Positions 9,152 through 17,447 of a stretch of DNA of 25,376 bases are shown piece after piece (position 1 is the stretch's first letter; each line of letters starts with the position of its first letter). Source of the stretch: a bacterium (GTDB taxonomy: Bacteria; JAHJDO01); assembly GCA_043824255.1 (NCBI GenBank), contig JBDRTG010000001.1, positions 1-25,376 on the forward strand. Reading direction: 5' to 3'. Made by a program: the position numbers and the translations under genes. Below the pieces are notes generated by a model. It had not been told where the DNA came from. It searched no databases and saw only the letters and a list, made by a program, of their open reading frames with translations.

Positions 9152-9655
9152 ATGGAAAATATTTTAATTAATCAATCGGTAGCTATACTATGCGATGGGA
9201 ACAATATTGAACGGAGTATCCATGAACTCTCTAAAACAAAAAACGCAATGATCAATTTTGATAAGTTGATCCCGAAATTGCTAAATGATAGAGGATTAAA
9301 CAGGCTAATTTATTTTAGGGAAGGTAAGTCCATATCTTCGAAATTCGCTGATAGATTACATGAAAACTATTATGGCTCTGTTATTCCGTGTCATAAATCT
9401 GCCGATATTCCACTTTCTATCAAAGCAACGCAACTCGCTTCAAAGGTTGACACCATTATCATTATGTCAGGGGATTCGGATTTTGTGGATTTGGTTTTGC
9501 ATCTGAAAGGGGAAGGTGTAAGGGTAGAAATTGCTGCGGTAAGAGAAACAGCTGCCAGGATATTAATTGATGAAGCAGACTATTTTCATGAAATAACCAA
9601 AGAAGATTGGTTTGTATATAAATCACCGAGAGATACAAAGGTGGAAAGAAGTTAA
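9152..9655 (+). CDS. NYN-domain (LabA/DUF88, PIN-like) protein, putative ribonuclease
   Basis: 'ILCDGNNI', 'KSADIPL', 'IIMSGDSDF', 'GVRVEI', 'EADYF' acidic motifs of the NYN/LabA family. Confidence 0.9.
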   Translation: MENILINQSVAILCDGNNIERSIHELSKTKNAMINFDKLIPKLLNDRGLNRLIYFREGKSISSKFADRLHENYYGSVIPCHKSADIPLSIKATQLASKVDTIIIMSGDSDFVDLVLHLKGEGVRVEIAAVRETAARILIDEADYFHEITKEDWFVYKSPRDTKVERS

Positions 9656-9732
9656 GAAGTTTATAATAAGTCGTTGGAGCAGTGCTCGTTGGCATCAGAT
9701 AAGTTACAGCCTAACCAATTGAAAATTGTTTT

Positions 9733-11067
9733 TCATAGAATGTACCTTGTAATATCAATATCTTCAACAAACCCTTCCAGTTTTTTCTTTACATACGCTG
9801 CATTTATAGATATTTTTTTTCCGCTTTCCTCAGGCGCATTGAAGGATATATCCTCCAGCATTTTTTCCACAACAGTATAAAGGCGTCTGGCTCCTATATT
9901 CTCTGTTTCCTGATTTATCTTGAATGCTATAGAGGCAATTTCACGAACAGCATCTTTTGTAAACTCAATCTTAACATTTTCTGTTTCCAGAAGCGCTATG
10001 TATTGTTTAATCAATGCGTTGCGAGGCTGTGTGAGTATTTTCTCAAAATCACCTTCGCTTAAACTTGAGAGTTCGACTCTTATTGGAAATCTTCCTTGCA
10101 GTTCAGGGATAAGGTCTGAGGGTTTACTCACATGAAAAGCGCCAGCTGCTATGAATAGAATATGGTCTGTCTTTACCATTCCATATTTTGTTGCAACAGT
10201 TGTTCCTTCCACAATAGGCAGTATATCTCTCTGCACTCCCTCCCTTGACACATCAGGACCGGATTGCGACTTAACGCCTGCAATCTTATCAAGCTCATCT
10301 ATAAATACTATGCCGGAATTTTCTACTTTGGATATAGCAGTACGAATAATCTCATCCATGTCAAGCAGTTTTGCCGCTTCTTCCTGAGTGAGGATACGTC
10401 TTGCTTCCTTAATAGTTGCTTTTCTTTTCTTGCTCTGTTTTGGCATCATTTTAGAAAACATGTCATTAAAATTTATTCCCATTTCTTCTATGCCGGAACT
10501 TGAGAAGATTTCAACCATTGGCATTATGTGATTTTTCGTCTCGAGTTCAACCATTCTATTATCAAGCTTGCCATCAGTAAGTCTCATTTTTAACTTTTCC
10601 CGTGTCCTTTTAATTTGATCTTCCTTTTCTCTATCATTAGTTTTGTTCTTTGCAGGGGGCAGGAGCAGATCTAACAGTCTTTCTTCTGCAATCTCAGAAG
10701 CCTTGATCTCGACGCGGCGACTCTCAGCATCTCTTATCATCTTTACTGCAAGGTCAGTCAGATCCCTTATCATAGATTCTACGTCTCTACCAACATAGCC
10801 AATCTCTGTATATTTTGACGCCTCAACCTTAAGGAATGGCACCTGAGCCAATCGCGCAAGGCGTCTGGCAATTTCTGTTTTTCCTATGCCTGTTGGTCCG
10901 ATCATAATAATATTTTTTGGAGCAACTTCATCACGCAGTTCCAAAGGCAGTTTCTGTCTGCGCCATCTGTTTCTCAAAGCTATCGCGACAGACTTCTTTG
11001 CATTGTTTTGTCCGATAATATATTTATCAAGCTCTTTTACAACTTGTTTTGGTGTTAACGCATCCAT
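9733..11067 (-). CDS. hslU: ATP-dependent protease ATPase subunit HslU
   Basis: '[22 protein letters not shown]', '[14 protein letters not shown]', 'FIDELDKI', '[13 protein letters not shown]', 'NIGARRL'. Confidence 0.98.
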   Translation of the reverse strand: MDALTPKQVVKELDKYIIGQNNAKKSVAIALRNRWRRQKLPLELRDEVAPKNIIMIGPTGIGKTEIARRLARLAQVPFLKVEASKYTEIGYVGRDVESMIRDLTDLAVKMIRDAESRRVEIKASEIAEERLLDLLLPPAKNKTNDREKEDQIKRTREKLKMRLTDGKLDNRMVELETKNHIMPMVEIFSSSGIEEMGINFNDMFSKMMPKQSKKRKATIKEARRILTQEEAAKLLDMDEIIRTAISKVENSGIVFIDELDKIAGVKSQSGPDVSREGVQRDILPIVEGTTVATKYGMVKTDHILFIAAGAFHVSKPSDLIPELQGRFPIRVELSSLSEGDFEKILTQPRNALIKQYIALLETENVKIEFTKDAVREIASIAFKINQETENIGARRLYTVVEKMLEDISFNAPEESGKKISINAAYVKKKLEGFVEDIDITRYIL

Positions 11068-11080
11068 TAGAACTTCCTCC

Positions 11081-11608
11081 CTAGAGTTTCTCTACAACTA
11101 TCTGGTCATTTGTATATATGCATATTGAAGCAGCTATTAAAATGGCTTCCTTAACGATTTCTGCTGCTGAGAGGTCTGAATATTTTATTAGCGCTTTAGC
11201 TGCAGCAAGCGCATAAGGACCTCCTGAACCTATGGCTAATACTCCGTCACTTGGTTCAATAACATCCCCATTGCCAGATATAAGAAGCGAATAATCCTTA
11301 TTGACAACAGCGAGCAAAGACTCCAGTCTTCTTAGAACTCTATCTGTGCGCCAGTCTTTTGCAAGCTCAATTGCAGCTCTCTGAAGATTGCCGCTATGCT
11401 CCTCCAGCTTTTTCTCAAACCTTTCAAAAAGAGTAAAAGCATCTGCTGTTGCTCCTGCAAAACCAACCAGCACTTGGTCGTTATATAATCTGCGCAGTTT
11501 TTTTGCATTCTGCTTCATAATAGTTTCGCCCTGTGTAACCTGACCATCACCGCCTATAGCCACTTTTCCCTTATGTCTTACAGTAAGAATTGTAGTTGAG
11601 CGTGTCAT
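11081..11608 (-). CDS. hslV: ATP-dependent protease peptidase subunit HslV
   Basis: 'STTILTVR' (Thr nucleophile after short propeptide), 'GDGQVT', 'GFAGATADA', 'IGSGG', 'ICIYTN'; GGAGG RBS. Confidence 0.98.
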   Translation of the reverse strand: MTRSTTILTVRHKGKVAIGGDGQVTQGETIMKQNAKKLRRLYNDQVLVGFAGATADAFTLFERFEKKLEEHSGNLQRAAIELAKDWRTDRVLRRLESLLAVVNKDYSLLISGNGDVIEPSDGVLAIGSGGPYALAAAKALIKYSDLSAAEIVKEAILIAASICIYTNDQIVVEKL

Positions 11609-11656
11609 TTTTCTCCCTCCATGAACTGGTTTTTAAACCGCAAAAAAATCCCCATT

Positions 11657-11687
11657 AATATAACACCTTGTAGCTTTACAAGCAATA
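11657..11687 (-). promoter_or_regulatory. Promoter for hslVU (repeat copy 2)
   Basis: Minus strand TTGCTT-17 nt-TATATT with TGn; 27/31 identical to 9018-9048. Confidence 0.65.
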
Positions 11688-11870
11688 TGTTAAAAAATTC
11701 TAAATGGATATTTTTCTAAAGAGCCTTTATTTCCTGCCTATTGTTCCTATAGGAGTCCTGGCAGGGTGGTGGGCTAATAAGCATTTGTCCCAGAAAGTAT
11801 TTGTGTATATCGTTTATGTCCTGCTTTTTGCTACAGCAATTAAACTGATTTTCTAATTCGTTACCGCTTT

Positions 11871-11943
11871 TGTCATTGCGAACCGAAGGTGACGTTATCT
11901 CGCCTTTTTGGATTGCTTCGTTGCCATGCTTCTCACAATGACA
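11871..11943. repeat. REP/RPE-like palindromic element, intergenic
   Basis: TGTCATTGCGA ... GATTGCTTCG ... TCACAATGACA; terminal inverted repeat 10/11. Confidence 0.75.
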
Positions 11944-11950
11944 TTTTTGT

Positions 11951-11988
11951 ATTTTTTGTTGACATTTCAGGCAATTTTGGGGTACGGT
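11951..11988 (+). promoter_or_regulatory. Possible promoter for the 12031 gene, homologous to the NYN promoter
   Basis: TTGACA at 11959-11964; 11951-11978 is 24/28 identical to 9071-9098; -10 (TACGGT, 18-nt spacer) is weak. Confidence 0.4.
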
Positions 11989-12030
11989 AGCGTTAAAATA
12001 ACACCAAGTGTTCAAGGAGGAGATGACCTT

Positions 12031-12657
12031 ATGCTTGAAATAGTGGGCAAGAAAATTGATCTTGAGAAATCGGAACTTCTATACGATGAGCCGATCTCAA
12101 ATGAATGTTTCTCTGCCAATTGGATCATCCACAGCGGTGATTGGCAGGTTCAGGACGAGTGGCTTACAGGGAAGAATCCTGCCAATTGTCCGGGGATGAT
12201 ATTTCTGAAGGGGGATTATCCGGGAAATGTCATAGTGGACTTCGAAGCGCGAACGGTCTTACCCTGCACGCATGATATCGATTTCATGTGGAACGGCAGT
12301 TGGGACAAAGATAAGAATCAACGAGGCCCTGCCTACGTTGCAGGTTTAGAGGGATGGTGGACTGGGAAAGTGGGCATTGAAAAGTCTCCTGACTACAAAC
12401 TCACCGCCGCAACTCCATTGTTTGATTTTGACCCCGGACGAACCTACCACATTCAAGGGGGGAGTATTGACGGTCATTGCTTCATATTCGTAAATGGGCA
12501 ATTGGCTCTTGAAGTGACCGATCCTGACCCCATCGACTCCCAGAGATTCACAAAAGTAGGATTTGAAGCGTATTGCAGCCATATCCAGATTCGGAATGTG
12601 AAAATCATGCGCCTCGCTTGGCATCCTGTCCCTCTTAAGTACTCGCCAGAATTCTAG
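12031..12657 (+). CDS. Hypothetical protein, probable concanavalin/LamG-like beta-sandwich
   Basis: AGGAGG RBS before ATG 12031. Pattern 'GDWQVQDEWLTG...GNVIVDFEA...IFVNGQLALEVTDPDPI...KVGFEAYCSHIQIRNVKI' resembles DUF1080/DUF1961-like folds. Confidence 0.65.
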   Translation: MLEIVGKKIDLEKSELLYDEPISNECFSANWIIHSGDWQVQDEWLTGKNPANCPGMIFLKGDYPGNVIVDFEARTVLPCTHDIDFMWNGSWDKDKNQRGPAYVAGLEGWWTGKVGIEKSPDYKLTAATPLFDFDPGRTYHIQGGSIDGHCFIFVNGQLALEVTDPDPIDSQRFTKVGFEAYCSHIQIRNVKIMRLAWHPVPLKYSPEF

Positions 12658-12727
12658 GAACGGAAGGGGAGTCGAGGTTAGGCGCTGGCGTTGACTAATT
12701 TAATTTAGAAATAAAAATTAGAGAATT

Positions 12728-14005
12728 ATGCGATTTAAAGAACTGGGACTTATTGAGCCTATCTTAAGAGCTCTCAAAGAAGAAAAGTATACTGAGCCTA
12801 CATCAATACAAGTTAAGGCTATTCCACTCATTCTAAAAAGAAATGATGTATTAGGCAGTGCTCAAACCGGGACAGGTAAAACTGCGGCTTTTGCTATTCC
12901 AATCCTGCAGCACCTCTTTCTTGATCGTCAGCATAATAACAGCCCGCGCAAAATTAAGTCGCTCATCGTAACTCCTACACGCGAATTGGCGATTCAGATC
13001 GCAGAGAGCTTTACTACGTATGGAAAATTCACTGGGATCAAAAACACAGTCGTTTTCGGTGGTGTGAAGCAAGGTGCACAAACGAATGCCCTTCGCAAAG
13101 GTGTCGATATTCTCGTTGCAACGCCTGGAAGGCTTTTGGACTTAATAAATCAGGGCTTCATCAGATTAAATGACGTCGAATACTTCGTGCTGGACGAAGC
13201 TGACCGGATGCTCGACATGGGGTTTATCAATGACATTCGAAAGATCATCGCCAAATTACCAACGAAACGGCAGTCTTTGTTTTTTTCAGCAACAATGCCG
13301 GAAAATATTGTAGAACTTTCGAGGAAAATTTTGAGAAATCCTATGAAAGTTGATGTAAGTCCCATTTCCTCTACTGCTGAAACTATAAAGCAATATCTGT
13401 ATTATACCAATAAATCAAGTAAGAAAGATTTGCTGCGTCATATACTTCAGTATCAAAAGATCGATCAGGTATTATTGTTTTCCAGAACAAAACGTGGTGC
13501 TGACAAAATAGATCGTGACCTAAAAAAACATAAGATTAAATCAGCAGCTATACATGGTGACAAAGAGCAAAATCAAAGGCAAAAAGTCCTGGCGCAATTT
13601 AAAGCCGGAGAAATTAGAGTGTTGGTGGCAACAGATATTGCCGCAAGAGGTATTGACATTGACAAACTAAAATATGTCATCAATTATGATATACCTAATA
13701 TAGCCGAAACATACGTCCACAGGATAGGCAGATCCGGTAGAGCAGGGGAAGAAGGTAATGCTATATCCCTTTGCGAACCTGAAGAAAATGCTTATATAAA
13801 AGATATCGAAAAATTGATAAACCAGAAAATAGAACTTGTCAAAGAAAACCCTTATCCTCAAACAGAAAAGCCAATGACAGAAAACGAAAAGAAGGAATGG
13901 GACAAAGAGAAACAACAAAGAAGACAAGAATACTTTGCCACGAAGAAACAAAATCCGGCTAGGTCAAACTCATCAAGGTTTTCCAGGCGATCCAGAGGAC
14001 GCTAA
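12728..14005 (+). CDS. DEAD-box ATP-dependent RNA helicase (RhlE-like)
   Basis: Q motif 'PTSIQ', 'AQTGTGKT', 'PTRELA', 'TPGRLLD', 'LDEADRMLDMGF', 'SAT', 'HRIGRSGRAG'; basic C-terminal tail. Confidence 0.97.
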   Translation: MRFKELGLIEPILRALKEEKYTEPTSIQVKAIPLILKRNDVLGSAQTGTGKTAAFAIPILQHLFLDRQHNNSPRKIKSLIVTPTRELAIQIAESFTTYGKFTGIKNTVVFGGVKQGAQTNALRKGVDILVATPGRLLDLINQGFIRLNDVEYFVLDEADRMLDMGFINDIRKIIAKLPTKRQSLFFSATMPENIVELSRKILRNPMKVDVSPISSTAETIKQYLYYTNKSSKKDLLRHILQYQKIDQVLLFSRTKRGADKIDRDLKKHKIKSAAIHGDKEQNQRQKVLAQFKAGEIRVLVATDIAARGIDIDKLKYVINYDIPNIAETYVHRIGRSGRAGEEGNAISLCEPEENAYIKDIEKLINQKIELVKENPYPQTEKPMTENEKKEWDKEKQQRRQEYFATKKQNPARSNSSRFSRRSRGR

Positions 14006-14059
14006 CACATACTAAAAACTGCTGGCAAATGATAGTATCATGTGATACTAATTTAAATA

Positions 14060-15313
14060 ATGTTGCAAAATCAATATGACATTGTAATCATTGGCGCAGG
14101 ACCGGCTGGTTTGATTGCGGCTATTGAAAGCTGTAAACCTTCCGCAAAAATATTAATTCTTGAAAAGATGCATAACCCTGCGCTGAAACTAAGGATTTCA
14201 GGAAAAGGACGATGCAACATTACCAACGATGCTGAATTAGAGGATTTTATTTCGCATTTTGGCAAAAACGGAAGGTTCCTGAAGTTTGCTTTTGCGAATT
14301 TTTTTAATACAGATCTTATTAAATACTTTGAAAAGCTGGGTGTTCAGTTTAAGCTTGAACGAGGAGGGCGTTACTTTCCTGAAAACGATGATGCAGGGGA
14401 GATTGCAAACGCTTTGCTTAACAAAGTAAAATCGCTAAATATTCCCATTTCTACTAATTCAGAAGTAATCAACATTACAAAATTACCTGATAAAAAATTT
14501 ACTGTTACAGTTAAAAAGAATACTCATCGTATTCAAATAAAAGCAGATAAAGTTGTGCTTGCAACCGGAGGAAAATCATATCCCAGAACTGGTTCGACCG
14601 GAGCAGGATTTAAACTGGCCTCTCAGCTTGGACATGCAATTACCCCTATTTCTCCATCTATTGTGCCTATTGAAACTAAAGGCAGTACTGCAAAAAAACT
14701 TCAGGGATTAAGCTTAAAAAATGTAAAAGCGCAGGTATGGTGTGGGAACAAGAAGGTTGATGAACGGTTTGGAGAAATGCTGTTTACTGATTTTGGCCTC
14801 TCCGGCCCGATAATTCTTTCTTTGAGCAAAACTGTTGTAAAGCTTGTTGATGATAAAGAAAAGGTGTTTATCTCCATAGATTTAAAACCTGCTCTTGGCC
14901 ACAAAATGCTTGAGCGAAGAATAATAAGAGAAATAACTGAGCACAGCAAACAAGGTTTTAAGAATTTACTAAAAAAACTACTGCCGGGGAAACTAGTTCC
15001 TGTATTTATCGAGAAATTAAAAATTTCAGGAGAAAAGCAACTGAGCCAGATTAATTCTGAAGAACGCAAGAAACTGAGGATACTGCTGAAAGAGTTCCGA
15101 TTTGAAGTGACAGGTTACAGGTCATTTAATCATGCCATTGTAACATCCGGCGGAGTCTGCATAAAAGAGATCAATCCCCAAACAATGGAATCGAAACTTG
15201 TCAAAGGCCTATATTTTGCAGGTGAAATTATTGACGTTGATGCTGATACAGGGGGATTTAATCTGCAGGCTGCTTTTTCAACAGGATGGATTGCGGGCAG
15301 AGCTATAAAATAG
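14060..15313 (+). CDS. HI0933/YhiN/BaiN-family NAD(P)/FAD-dependent oxidoreductase
   Basis: 'IIGAGPAG', 'ISGKGRCNITN', 'LATGGKSYP..GSTG.G', 'GLSGP', 'GLYFAGE', 'TGGFNLQAAFSTG'. Confidence 0.95.
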   Translation: MLQNQYDIVIIGAGPAGLIAAIESCKPSAKILILEKMHNPALKLRISGKGRCNITNDAELEDFISHFGKNGRFLKFAFANFFNTDLIKYFEKLGVQFKLERGGRYFPENDDAGEIANALLNKVKSLNIPISTNSEVINITKLPDKKFTVTVKKNTHRIQIKADKVVLATGGKSYPRTGSTGAGFKLASQLGHAITPISPSIVPIETKGSTAKKLQGLSLKNVKAQVWCGNKKVDERFGEMLFTDFGLSGPIILSLSKTVVKLVDDKEKVFISIDLKPALGHKMLERRIIREITEHSKQGFKNLLKKLLPGKLVPVFIEKLKISGEKQLSQINSEERKKLRILLKEFRFEVTGYRSFNHAIVTSGGVCIKEINPQTMESKLVKGLYFAGEIIDVDADTGGFNLQAAFSTGWIAGRAIK

Positions 15314-15330
15314 GACATTTCTAAATGTGC

Positions 15331-15359
15331 TTGACATAGATTTGATACAAAGCTACAAT
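15331..15359 (+). promoter_or_regulatory. Sigma70-type promoter of the catabolic operon
   Basis: TTGACA-17 nt-TACAAT. Confidence 0.8.
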
Positions 15360-15360
15360 A

Positions 15361-15378
15361 AACCAACTATATAGTTGG
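15361..15378. promoter_or_regulatory. Putative operator
   Basis: Perfect 16-bp palindrome CCAACTATATAGTTGG (15363-15378) between the -10 box and the RBS; related sequence upstream of the TetR gene. Confidence 0.6.
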
Positions 15379-15386
15379 AGGAGAAT

Positions 15387-16370
15387 ATGAAGAGTTCAGG
15401 GATGGGAATCTATGTCCCAAAGTTAAGTGATAGGCTTCGCGGAAGACAGATTCCACATATTGGGGTTCTGAACAGGGAAGAATTAGAAGAAGTAATTGCT
15501 CTTGGAGAGTGGTTTCGAGAGAACCGTTATGATGCGACTTATGTGGATCTTCTGAAGGGGCGTGTGCAGTGTTTGTTGTTTGTGTACGAATCCACAAGAA
15601 CCAGGCTTGGGTTCTCAGCAGCCATGGCACAGCTGGGCGGATCCACAATGTATATGGCAGCAAAAGATACCCAGATGGGAAGAGGTGAATCAATCGTAGA
15701 TACAGCACGTGCTATTGACCAATACATTGATGTGTTTTCAGCCCGACTCTGGAAGCATGAGGATATCGAGCTGGCTTGTAAGAATATGAGTGTACCTGTT
15801 CTTAATGCGTGCACACCCCTTGACCATTCTACGCACGTAATTGGTGAATTAATGGCAATTAAGCAGGCTAAAGGCAAGCTTGAGGGGCTTAATCTGGTCT
15901 ATACCGGTATGGCAAGAGGTATATTGCATTCATTTATCAGGGTTTGCCCAGTTCTTGGAATTAATCTTACTCTGGCGGTTCCCGCTTCTTATGCAGAAAC
16001 TATTAACCAAGATATTTTGGCAGAGGGTAAGAAAAAGGCAGAAATAGCTAAAACACGACTTGAGGTTTGTAGTGACTTAAAAGAGGCTGTAAAGGATGCT
16101 GATTTTATTCAGGCAAGTACTTTGATACGGAGTATGCTTGCTGGTGAACAATCGCCAGAAGAAAAAAAAGTTAAAATACCTGAGTGGACAGTAACAGATG
16201 AAATCCTTAATTGTGCAAGAGCTGACGTGTTGTACAGTCATTCTGGTCCTGCTCGCAGAGGTGTTTGCGTCACTGATGAAGTTATGGATGGACCAAGGTC
16301 AATTATTCCTCAAGAGGCAAAAAATGCCATTTATTCCAAGAAGGCTCTGTTGGCTTTGATAGTAAAATAG
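15387..16370 (+). CDS. Ornithine/aspartate carbamoyltransferase-superfamily protein with atypical active site
   Basis: 'ESTRTR', 'GESIVDTARA', 'VPVLNA', 'VTDEVMD' match the OTCase fold; HPxQ, HCLP and ENR motifs altered. Start at ATG 15387 after GGAGGAG. Confidence 0.85.
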   Translation: MKSSGMGIYVPKLSDRLRGRQIPHIGVLNREELEEVIALGEWFRENRYDATYVDLLKGRVQCLLFVYESTRTRLGFSAAMAQLGGSTMYMAAKDTQMGRGESIVDTARAIDQYIDVFSARLWKHEDIELACKNMSVPVLNACTPLDHSTHVIGELMAIKQAKGKLEGLNLVYTGMARGILHSFIRVCPVLGINLTLAVPASYAETINQDILAEGKKKAEIAKTRLEVCSDLKEAVKDADFIQASTLIRSMLAGEQSPEEKKVKIPEWTVTDEILNCARADVLYSHSGPARRGVCVTDEVMDGPRSIIPQEAKNAIYSKKALLALIVK

Positions 16371-16382
16371 AAAGGGAGTTTT

Positions 16383-17435
16383 ATGGATAAAGTTAGAATT
16401 GGTATTGTTGGATCAAAATTTGCCGCTGATTTCCATTGTGATTCATACAGCAGAGATAGAAATGCTGAAGTAGTAGCAGTTGCAGCAATTGACAATCTTG
16501 AGGAGATTTCCTCAAAGTGGAATATTCCCAGCACCTATGAAGACTATAAGGAAATGTTAAAACGCGATGACATTAGTCTTGTCTCTGTCTGTGTACCAAA
16601 TTTTCTGCATCATGATGTAGTTATTGCTGCAGCAAAGGCAGGAAAGCATGTAATTTGCGAAAAACCCCTTGCCACTACTATAGAAGATGCAAAAGAAATG
16701 ATTGAAGCATGTAAAAAAGAAAGAGTAAAACTGTTTTACGGTGAGGACTGGTGTTTTGCTCCTGCGCTTATGCGTACAGTCGAGATTATTAAAGAAGGAG
16801 CCATCGGTGAGGTTCTCTATGTTAAGGCAAAGGAGACTCATAATGGTACTCACAGTGCGTTTGCCAAGAATGCAAAGTATTGTGGAGGTGGCTCTCTAAT
16901 TCATCTTGGTATTCATCCGATTGGATGGATTCTTCATTTTCTTGGTAATCAGGGTAAGAACAGGGTTATTGAGGTAATTGGTAAGACAAACGCCGGTGGA
17001 GAAGATAACTATGTTCACAAGGATAATAGTGGAGAAGACTGGGCCTTAGGAATTATAAAGTTTGCCAATGGCGAGCATGCATTTGTGGAAGGGAATTATA
17101 TTACTGTAGGTGGTATGGATGATAGAGTTGAGATTTATGGTACTGAAGGTGTGATCAAGGTAGATATGACATTTGGCTCGCCTGTAAGTGTATATAGTAG
17201 GCGTGGGTATTCATATTGTATTGAAAAGGCTGATAATACACTCGGCTGGACCAAACCAGCCGTTGATGAATTCTACAATCTGGGCTATGTTAGTGAGCTC
17301 GCATATGTTGTTGAGTGTGTGTTAAATAATAAGGAGCCCATCTATGATCTCAGTGGTGAAATGGGGCTGAAATGCATAGAGATTATTCAAGCGATGTACC
17401 AGTCAAACAGAGAAGCGAAAACAGTCAAAATATAA
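16383..17435 (+). CDS. Gfo/Idh/MocA-family oxidoreductase
   Basis: 'RIGIVGSKF', 'PNFLH', 'GKHVICEKPLA', 'GGGSLIHLGIHPI'. Confidence 0.92.
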   Translation: MDKVRIGIVGSKFAADFHCDSYSRDRNAEVVAVAAIDNLEEISSKWNIPSTYEDYKEMLKRDDISLVSVCVPNFLHHDVVIAAAKAGKHVICEKPLATTIEDAKEMIEACKKERVKLFYGEDWCFAPALMRTVEIIKEGAIGEVLYVKAKETHNGTHSAFAKNAKYCGGGSLIHLGIHPIGWILHFLGNQGKNRVIEVIGKTNAGGEDNYVHKDNSGEDWALGIIKFANGEHAFVEGNYITVGGMDDRVEIYGTEGVIKVDMTFGSPVSVYSRRGYSYCIEKADNTLGWTKPAVDEFYNLGYVSELAYVVECVLNNKEPIYDLSGEMGLKCIEIIQAMYQSNREAKTVKI

Positions 17436-17447
17436 TTATAAAAAAGC

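Noticed and set aside
9660..9720. attC-like fragments after the NYN gene (TATAATAAGTCGTTGGAG, GCCTAAC)
   Set aside because: No complete RYYYAAC...GTTRRRY hairpin and no integrase in the window.
11733..11765. Imperfect hairpin CCTGCC...TCCTATAGGA...GGCAGG
   Set aside because: Single short copy, no U-tract, and between divergent genes; insufficient for a terminator or repeat call.
11716..12015. 99-aa minus-strand ORF and the 11908 upstream extension of the 12031 gene
   Set aside because: Both read through the palindromic element and promoter DNA; the RBS supports ATG 12031.
12677..14006. GTTAGGC before and GCTAAC at the stop of the helicase, cassette-like
   Set aside because: Cores are not exact complements and no attC stem follows.
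15375..16370. Calling the carbamoyltransferase argF/arcB
   Set aside because: Ornithine-binding and several carbamoyl-phosphate motifs are altered and the context is not arginine metabolism.
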